From: an uncultured bacterium
GTDB taxonomy: Bacteria > Babelota > Babeliae > Babelales > Babelaceae
DNA: 64,000 nucleotides
NCBI GenBank assembly: GCA_963713855.1
Contig: OY970209.1
Span: forward strand, 193,071 to 257,070
Direction of reading: 5' to 3'
Below are positions 57,815 through 64,000 of the stretch, in pieces. Position 1 is the first letter of the stretch. Each line of letters opens with the position of its first letter. A model generated the notes under the pieces. That model was not told the DNA's origin. It saw nothing but the letters and a program-made list of their open reading frames with translations, and did no database searches. A program made the translations under genes and the position numbers.

Positions 57815-59055
57815 ATGTATATCGACTCTTTATATTATGCTTTAGCTTTATGACTCTGCGATGCACAACGTCGCCATGGTGGAAACCATATAACCTCAAA
57901 AAAACGTCCGTCGTCATTGTACCCGTTGCTGATCTACTTATAAAGCCTGCATGCACATACCTTAAAAAACGCACATGCACACAATCGGTTTACGACCAAC
58001 TTCCTCTATCGGGAGAAACAACTGACTTTCCCGTTGTAAGAGTCCATCAAGCGCTCTTTAACGAAATATTAACGGATACCCGATGCACAAGAACTGAATG
58101 CAAAGGAAAGATGCCGGATGCGTGGTATGGAATAGACGAAAAAACTAAAGACCCATTGACAACGTTCTATACTAAAGCGCTTAACATGTGCCCACTTTCA
58201 ACACTAGTAAGCAAAGGGCTCGACCTTAATTTGCTGCCAACCCCTTCTTGGGCTACGTCTTATGAGCCAGGTACGGTTGTATCATTGCTCCTTCCTTGGA
58301 AAAATGAGTTAACAGGAACGCATTATTCAGCAGGGACACGTTTTAAAAGATCCTCAAGCGAAGATACGCTTTCCCATTATGCTGTCTATGCGATAAACTA
58401 CACACATTTTTCTGCTGATATTCTCTATATACCACGACGTTATTGCTTAATCGAGTATAAGAGAAATGCGCAACAACAAAGAACGCTCTTTATGGACATA
58501 ATAAGGCGCTGGACCTATCATCCAGGCATTATTCCATACGTTCTAGGTGGGGCGAGCTTTCTACACAGCTACGACCCCAAAAAAGAGTTTACGCTCGATA
58601 ATCTCATCTGGAAAAGAGAAGAAGTGTATTACCCCCACACTGGATTTGATTGTGCAAGCCTCATATGGCGAGCATGCCGCATAGCAGGTATACCGTGGTG
58701 GTACAAAAATACCGCTACTATCGGTCAATACCTTACTCCTTTAACACCCGAAGAAGTCCTACAAGAAGGCGATCTCATTTGGGTTCAAGGACATGTCATG
58801 ATCGTGAGTAATAAAGAAGATAACGAGCTCATTGAGTCGGCGGGATACAAATCGGGGTATGGCAAGTTACACACGCTACCTATTAGTCAGCGTATTGCAG
58901 GTATAACAACGTATACGGATCTTCTTGAAGCTTATTTTGCAAACAAGACACTAACATTACTCAATAAAGAAGGCATCCCGCAGCCGCCACTTCCGTTCAA
59001 ATTATATAAGTTATTCAAGGAGTCCGAAGTACCGAAAGCAAGCCCAGAAGGATAA
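57811..59055 (+). CDS. NlpC/P60-family cysteine peptidase (cell-wall hydrolase-like)
   Basis: Start at MNVYRLFILCFSF (RBS aaggag 7 nt upstream; ATGA overlap with the previous gene). GFDCASLIWRACRIAGI (catalytic Cys) and GHVMIV (catalytic His). Confidence 0.65.
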   Translation: MNVYRLFILCFSFMTLRCTTSPWWKPYNLKKTSVVIVPVADLLIKPACTYLKKRTCTQSVYDQLPLSGETTDFPVVRVHQALFNEILTDTRCTRTECKGKMPDAWYGIDEKTKDPLTTFYTKALNMCPLSTLVSKGLDLNLLPTPSWATSYEPGTVVSLLLPWKNELTGTHYSAGTRFKRSSSEDTLSHYAVYAINYTHFSADILYIPRRYCLIEYKRNAQQQRTLFMDIIRRWTYHPGIIPYVLGGASFLHSYDPKKEFTLDNLIWKREEVYYPHTGFDCASLIWRACRIAGIPWWYKNTATIGQYLTPLTPEEVLQEGDLIWVQGHVMIVSNKEDNELIESAGYKSGYGKLHTLPISQRIAGITTYTDLLEAYFANKTLTLLNKEGIPQPPLPFKLYKLFKESEVPKASPEG

Positions 59056-59057
59056 TC

Positions 59058-60314
59058 ATGAAGATTATGCGCATCGTAGGAAAGGAAATATACGATTCTC
59101 GTGGTTGGCCGATACTACTTTGCGAAGTGTGGTTAAATGATGGTTCAGTATTTATCGGGCATGCACCAGCTGGAAACGCTAGAAGCAAATACGAGGCCCA
59201 TGAAATCAGAGATGGTGACAAAAGGCTTTGGGGCAAAGGTATGACTAATGCTATAGCACTCATTGAGAGCACCATAGCTCCGCTACTCATTGGACACATC
59301 GTAGAAATGCCAGATCTCGATTTCATGCTTATCGAGCTAGATGGATCTCCGGACAAATCTCGTTTAGGAAGCAATGTATTAACAGCGACAAGCATGGCTC
59401 TTTATAAAGCATTTGCTTATACGCAAGATTTGGAACTCTATGAACTTTTTGCTTACATGATAGGCGCTGACTCAGTTACCCTTCCCTGTCCAATTTTTAG
59501 CGTTGTTAGTTGCTCAAAAGATAGAGCGCACAGGCTTGCTGTGCAGGAATTTACGCTTGCACCCATAGGAGCAACAACACTCAAGCAAGCTGTAGAGCTC
59601 TCAATCACTCACTATCATGAAGTTAAGGCAATGCTTCACGCAAAAGGTTCCTTGGTAGGCATTGGTGAAGAAGGCGGATTGACCGTTAATGTTGCGGATG
59701 AACGGGAGATACTCGATGTACTTATGCGGTCTTTAGAAAAAGCCTCATTAGAAGAAAGCGGCCTATGCGCTATCGGACTTAACGGATCGGCCACAGAACT
59801 CTACGACCCAACACAAAAAAAATATATCATTCGAGACAAAGAGTATACGGCTTCAGAACTTGTAAGCCTTTACAGCGAGCTTGCGCAAACCTATCCGATT
59901 TTTTCAATTGAAGATGGTTTGAGCGAGGACGATTGGGACGGTTGGAAGCTCATTACCGAAACACTCGGAGACAAAATTCAAATTGCAGGAGACGCACTCT
60001 TTTCAACCAACGCTGAAAGACTGGAACGCGCTCTTCAATCAAATGTAGCAACTGCTGCCTTGGTCAAACTCAACCAAGCAGGCACTATAACTGAAACAGT
60101 ACAATTTATTAATCTTTGCAGAGCATATCGCTTAAATCCCATTATATCGCATCAACCGGGCGAGATAGAGGACGCATTCATTGCCGATTTAGCTGTTGGA
60201 ACAAGCGCCGGACAATTTAAAGCAGGTGGCTGCTCTCGCATGGAACGCATTGCAAAATACAATCGTCTTTTAGCTATTGAGCACAGTCTCATAGCTGAAC
60301 GTGATAAGCTCTAA
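59058..60314 (+). CDS. eno: Enolase-family protein, divergent (several canonical active-site residues substituted)
   Basis: 418 aa, clear enolase fold (SIEDGLSEDDWDGW, KLNQAGTITET, AKYNRLLAIE). Deviations: SHQPGEIED for SHRSGETED, GLNGSATE for LDxAASE, AGNARS for SGASTG, GDAL for GDDL. Confidence 0.7.
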   Translation: MKIMRIVGKEIYDSRGWPILLCEVWLNDGSVFIGHAPAGNARSKYEAHEIRDGDKRLWGKGMTNAIALIESTIAPLLIGHIVEMPDLDFMLIELDGSPDKSRLGSNVLTATSMALYKAFAYTQDLELYELFAYMIGADSVTLPCPIFSVVSCSKDRAHRLAVQEFTLAPIGATTLKQAVELSITHYHEVKAMLHAKGSLVGIGEEGGLTVNVADEREILDVLMRSLEKASLEESGLCAIGLNGSATELYDPTQKKYIIRDKEYTASELVSLYSELAQTYPIFSIEDGLSEDDWDGWKLITETLGDKIQIAGDALFSTNAERLERALQSNVATAALVKLNQAGTITETVQFINLCRAYRLNPIISHQPGEIEDAFIADLAVGTSAGQFKAGGCSRMERIAKYNRLLAIEHSLIAERDKL

Positions 60315-63229
60315 GAAGGAAACGATTCTTCTTGCTCCGGGCCCGGTTCTTCATTTATCGGCCTCACCTCTCTTTCAAATTCCTCTAGCGGCGCTAATGG
60401 GTTCAAACGGCTTTCTGGCGGTGGAGGTGGTACCACTGTAGGTGGAGGCACTATGTAGTTTTCGCGCATATATGCCTCAATAACATCCTGCGTTGCACGC
60501 TCATCGCTGCCAAAGAAGAACCTTACAACAGGATCTTTACTATTGCCCATTACGTTATATTCTATCGGCGTTGTTTCACATCGCACCTTGTCACGCGTAT
60601 ATTGGTTCATAAGAACGCGACGACGTGGATCGATGATGGTCGGCTTTATGAAGATGCCAAGTTCGGTCTCCTCAATAGATTGAGTAGCCCCGCGGAATAA
60701 CCAGCCAAGAACAGGAATTCGTCCCAAAATAGGCGTTTCAGTTACAGATTGAGTCTTGGTTGTCTGCTTAAGCCCTCCAAGCACAAGAATTTCACCGCTA
60801 GGATCTTTATCGTTAGCCCCACGCATATTTACGTTCGTTTGCACATAACGAGACGCTCGGGTAAAGCCAGTTGCATCGGTAAATGCCTCTGTCTTAACCT
60901 TAATCTCTAAATTAAGGCGCTCTATTGAGCTTATACGCGGAGTCAAGCTTACGCTCAGAGTTGCTTGAATATCAGCGATGTTAACCTCTATAGCACCGCC
61001 AGTAGAACTGGATCCATCTGCTGCGGCCCGTCTAACATCGGTGTTGTAAACGACAGCGTTCGTATTATCAAGCGCAATAAGATATGGATGCGCAATCACC
61101 CGGGTATGACCATATTGTTCAAGTATTGCAAGAACCTGCCAAATACCCATATTAAAAAAGTCATTAACAGAAACAGCAAACGTTCCTGGAGTACCCGGAA
61201 GGACAGTCGTTTCAACGCCGGCCGAATTTGTAAAGAATCTTAATAAGTCACCCGTAATAGTTGTGCCTACCGGACATGCTGGCTGTTGACCAACGGCTGC
61301 CGCGGCTTTAAGCCCAGCTTGAGCGGCAGACTGAACTGCTTCTTTAACAGGTGAAGCACCAGCTAAAGCTTGTCCAATCATATTTGCGCTTTTGCCGCCG
61401 ATGCTTTCAGCAGCTCCTTGAGCAGTAGTTTGAGCCGCAGTTGCAGCCGCAACACCGCAATCGACACTTGTCAGAATGTTGCTTCCGATATTTGCAGTCT
61501 GTACACCTGCTCCTGGCATTAAATCGGCACGAATAGGGTTTCTTGCTTGGCTTTGAAGTGCTTTATTTTCATCTCGGGTAAAGTCTACGATAAGTACTTC
61601 AAGAATGACTTGCTTTTGAGGTATATCAAGCTGATCTACAAGCTTTTTGATTTGTTCCCAATCAGACGGTTGAGCTGCTACCAAAAGACGGTTGCCACCG
61701 CGATAGACCGTGGCACTTGCAGCACCTTGCTCAAACTCATTGCCAGCACCCGCTGAAGCAACCTCAGTTGGCGCTGTAACGGCCTGATACGTTTCTGCTC
61801 GAATAACGACACCTTCAAAAAAGCGCCGCGCACCACCTCCTCGCTCAACACTCTTTTGATCCCCTATCCCAGTCGATCGCACTACGCTACTAAGAACATC
61901 GGCGAATGATTGAGCATCCAAATATTTAAGGTCATACACGTGGAAAATCGATTTACCAGTACCAGCAGGTGCATCCATAAACTCACGGACAAAATCTTTT
62001 AACCTATTAACAGGAGACTCTTTGCCCATGACGATAAGCGTGTTGCGACGCGGATCAGCAACAACCCGAATATTAGTGGAAAAATAAGTACCCATACCTA
62101 CTGCACGCACATCAGGGCTCATCGGTCTGTTTTTACCGCTCACTGCAAGAATTTGAGTATTAAGTAAGTCAGACACGTATCCGGCATTTGCATTAAAGAG
62201 CTGCATCGTAATAAGAATATGCTTAGACGTTGCTGAATCAAGCTCTCGCAATATTTGAAGAGCGCCTGTTACAAGTCGGGCCTTATCAGTGATAACAATG
62301 GCATTAGAAAGAGGGTCCACAAAGACATTATTTGGGGCTGAAAGGGTTTCCCTTAAAAGAACCAAAACCGGACTATTAGGTTGCTCATCCACTTTCATGT
62401 TAGCTAAATAGTATACTACACGTATGTAAGCATCATTTTGAGGCAAATCTTCAGCTCTCAAGCGAGTAGCAGCATTAAAAACATAGAGCGGCAATACGTT
62501 CGTTGAAGCCTCTTTTGTTTTAATAACAAGCTCAAACTCTGCGCGAGGAGAAACAGTGTACCCAGCATAGTCAAGAAAAAGATACAGGTATTTTTGCGCT
62601 TCATTAAGCGTCAAAGGGTGAGGGGGCTTAAAAGTAATTTTTTGCTTAATGGCATTAGCTTGCTGAGGTAAAATGATGTTTACTCGCCTTTTTCGAGCAT
62701 AACGTTCAATAGCCTCAGTCAAATCAGCGTTATCAAATGAAAAATCAATTAAATCAGGCGGAAGATTTTCAGTGATAGGTTTTTGGTTTACTTCCTCTTT
62801 TTCTTTCTTTGCTTTTGGTAAATGCTCTTTAGCAACAACAGGCGCTACGACCGCTTCAGCAAGCGTTGGCGCATGTGCCGGAGGTGCATGCGCTTTTAGT
62901 TCCTTAAGCTTTTCTTCTGCCTCTTTTTTAGTTGTTTCCTTTGACTCAAGTATGAGCGGATGAGCGGGGGTTGGTGTTGCTTTTGGGCCAGTGATAGGCT
63001 TTACTTCCTGGACTTGTGGCTCAGACGTTACAATTTTTGTCTTATCAGATGGTGTTGCCGGGGTTTCCTGCGCGCTTGTAATAGGTTGAAGAATAGGCGT
63101 GCTTGAAGCAAGAGGCTTTGAAACTACAGTCTCTGCTGCTTTATTCGCTAAAGGAACACCCATCAAAAGAAGGGTCAAGCACGCGCGTGATAGCTTTATG
63201 AGTAATGTAAGCAATATGTTCATAATCAT
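60311..63229 (-). CDS. sctC: Type III secretion system outer-membrane secretin (SctC/YscC; chlamydial CdsC-like with long N-terminal extension)
   Basis: 972 aa. Signal/TM N-terminus and a low-complexity Pro/Ala/Lys-rich extension of about 250 aa. Secretin domain with C-terminal ...GGLKQTT...ETPILGRIPVLGWLFRG.... Pro-rich C-terminal tail. Confidence 0.85.
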   Translation of the reverse strand: MIMNILLTLLIKLSRACLTLLLMGVPLANKAAETVVSKPLASSTPILQPITSAQETPATPSDKTKIVTSEPQVQEVKPITGPKATPTPAHPLILESKETTKKEAEEKLKELKAHAPPAHAPTLAEAVVAPVVAKEHLPKAKKEKEEVNQKPITENLPPDLIDFSFDNADLTEAIERYARKRRVNIILPQQANAIKQKITFKPPHPLTLNEAQKYLYLFLDYAGYTVSPRAEFELVIKTKEASTNVLPLYVFNAATRLRAEDLPQNDAYIRVVYYLANMKVDEQPNSPVLVLLRETLSAPNNVFVDPLSNAIVITDKARLVTGALQILRELDSATSKHILITMQLFNANAGYVSDLLNTQILAVSGKNRPMSPDVRAVGMGTYFSTNIRVVADPRRNTLIVMGKESPVNRLKDFVREFMDAPAGTGKSIFHVYDLKYLDAQSFADVLSSVVRSTGIGDQKSVERGGGARRFFEGVVIRAETYQAVTAPTEVASAGAGNEFEQGAASATVYRGGNRLLVAAQPSDWEQIKKLVDQLDIPQKQVILEVLIVDFTRDENKALQSQARNPIRADLMPGAGVQTANIGSNILTSVDCGVAAATAAQTTAQGAAESIGGKSANMIGQALAGASPVKEAVQSAAQAGLKAAAAVGQQPACPVGTTITGDLLRFFTNSAGVETTVLPGTPGTFAVSVNDFFNMGIWQVLAILEQYGHTRVIAHPYLIALDNTNAVVYNTDVRRAAADGSSSTGGAIEVNIADIQATLSVSLTPRISSIERLNLEIKVKTEAFTDATGFTRASRYVQTNVNMRGANDKDPSGEILVLGGLKQTTKTQSVTETPILGRIPVLGWLFRGATQSIEETELGIFIKPTIIDPRRRVLMNQYTRDKVRCETTPIEYNVMGNSKDPVVRFFFGSDERATQDVIEAYMRENYIVPPPTVVPPPPPESRLNPLAPLEEFEREVRPINEEPGPEQEESFPS

Positions 63230-63780
63230 TCTGGGGCTAATTTTGGTTGTAAAGTAGCTATAACTAACGTTACATCAACTTTATCTACTTTTGGTTGCTT
63301 AATAACAACAACTTCTTTCGTATAGACACGATCATTTTTTTCGATCTTATACAAAAGTTCTGAAAGTTGTTTAGTGTCAATATCTCTAAAACTCGTATCA
63401 AGTTGTACTTCCTCATACCCATTATTAAGGTCGTTTTCGGTAATTGTGGGCGTTTTACTCATCTTATTTGCTAAACCAACTTCTTTTAGAAGGAGCTCAA
63501 AATACTGGGGAATTTTAAAATTCTTGTCTCGATTTAAAATAGTGTCTACGGCTGCTCTTTGTTCTACGATGCTCATGTGTTCTTGTAAAATACCTTTAAC
63601 GACTTCTCGCTGCTTATTGACGCGATTCATACGTAAAACAAAACCATTAATACGTCGCCTTTGCCAGTAAGCAAGCAGTCCCACTAAAGCAATGACTATT
63701 ATAGAAAAAAGCGCAATGTACCGATAAAAGGTTTTTATATCAAGCTCACGTATGGCATTTCTTATGTCTGCAATAGTCAT
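63226..63780 (-). CDS. T3SS-cluster single-pass membrane protein (function unknown)
   Basis: 184 aa with one TM (YIALFSIIVIALVGLLAYW). Translationally coupled to sctC (ATGA overlap) and to the upstream gene. Confidence 0.5.
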   Translation of the reverse strand: MTIADIRNAIRELDIKTFYRYIALFSIIVIALVGLLAYWQRRRINGFVLRMNRVNKQREVVKGILQEHMSIVEQRAAVDTILNRDKNFKIPQYFELLLKEVGLANKMSKTPTITENDLNNGYEEVQLDTSFRDIDTKQLSELLYKIEKNDRVYTKEVVVIKQPKVDKVDVTLVIATLQPKLAPE

Positions 63781-64000
63781 GAGCTATCTCCTACTTTTTT
63801 ATCAAGCGGAAGTTTTACGGAAAATTTAAGCTCTTGCAATCGTGGCACGACGGTAAAAAGTTGCGATCGACGTAAGTCTTCTTCTAATTTTTTTAAAGCT
63901 TCATAGTCACGCACTTGGCCTTCAAGGTCTAAAGAGTCTTCTGTCAAGGTCAAGCGATCAAGGATGAGTCCAAGTCCATCAGGATCTAAGCGTGTGCTTA
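63777..64000 (-). CDS. Partial CDS (C-terminal 73 aa; 5' end beyond the window): hypothetical protein in the T3SS operon
   Basis: Manual translation: ...STRLDPDGLGLILDRLTLTEDSLDLEGQVRDYEALKKLEEDLRRSQLFTVVPRLQELKFSVKLPLDKKVGDSS*, with the stop overlapping the next start. Confidence 0.4.
   Translation of the reverse strand, partial: STRLDPDGLGLILDRLTLTEDSLDLEGQVRDYEALKKLEEDLRRSQLFTVVPRLQELKFSVKLPLDKKVGDSS

Noticed and set aside
1-64000. CRISPR arrays, rRNA, tRNA, IS/transposase
   Set aside because: No regularly spaced direct repeats, no rRNA or tRNA signatures, and no transposase/integrase-like ORFs found on scanning both strands.

Overview
This 64 kb window reads like chromosome from an intracellular, Chlamydia-like bacterium (phylum Chlamydiota, environmental or amoeba-associated type); GC content looks moderate, but I did not compute it. 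That placement rests on a type III secretion secretin with the long N-terminal extension typical of chlamydial CdsC, a class Ic-like ribonucleotide reductase, ankyrin-repeat and Inc-like proteins, and many lineage-specific secreted proteins. It is dense coding sequence on both strands. Recognisable housekeeping genes are uvrB, leuS, brnQ, rpsA-ndk, zwf plus a short-type 6-phosphogluconate dehydrogenase, nrdA-nrdB, a membrane pyrophosphatase (hppA), murE and an enolase-like gene. There is also a glycosyltransferase family 4 gene, an MGDG-synthase-like glycosyltransferase, an SPFH/band-7 protein, a cyclase-family protein and a partial M3 oligopeptidase at the left edge. The T3SS cluster (sctC plus two upstream genes) runs off the right edge. 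About half of the window is accessory: signal-peptide or membrane proteins in tandem or dispersed paralog families. These are two Inc-like proteins, two proteins of an unknown 400-aa family, two lipase-like alpha/beta hydrolases, three small membrane proteins, two small secreted Cys proteins, an ankyrin-repeat protein, a beta-helix adhesin-like protein, an LRAT-like-domain protein, a secreted thioredoxin-like protein, and a C39-like plus NlpC/P60 peptidase pair. Unusual items are a standalone LigD-type primase-polymerase gene directly after a signal-peptide-bearing Ppx/GppA- or NTPDase-like gene; an enolase with several active-site substitutions beside the T3SS genes; an AAA+ (DUF4143) ATPase gene bracketed by 38-bp direct repeats, with a frameshifted remnant of the same family 7 kb away; and a 235-bp highly structured palindromic element upstream of a His-rich mini-ORF. 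I found no rRNA, tRNA, CRISPR array or obvious IS/transposase. All calls are from reading the sequence and ORF translations by eye; no database searches were possible.
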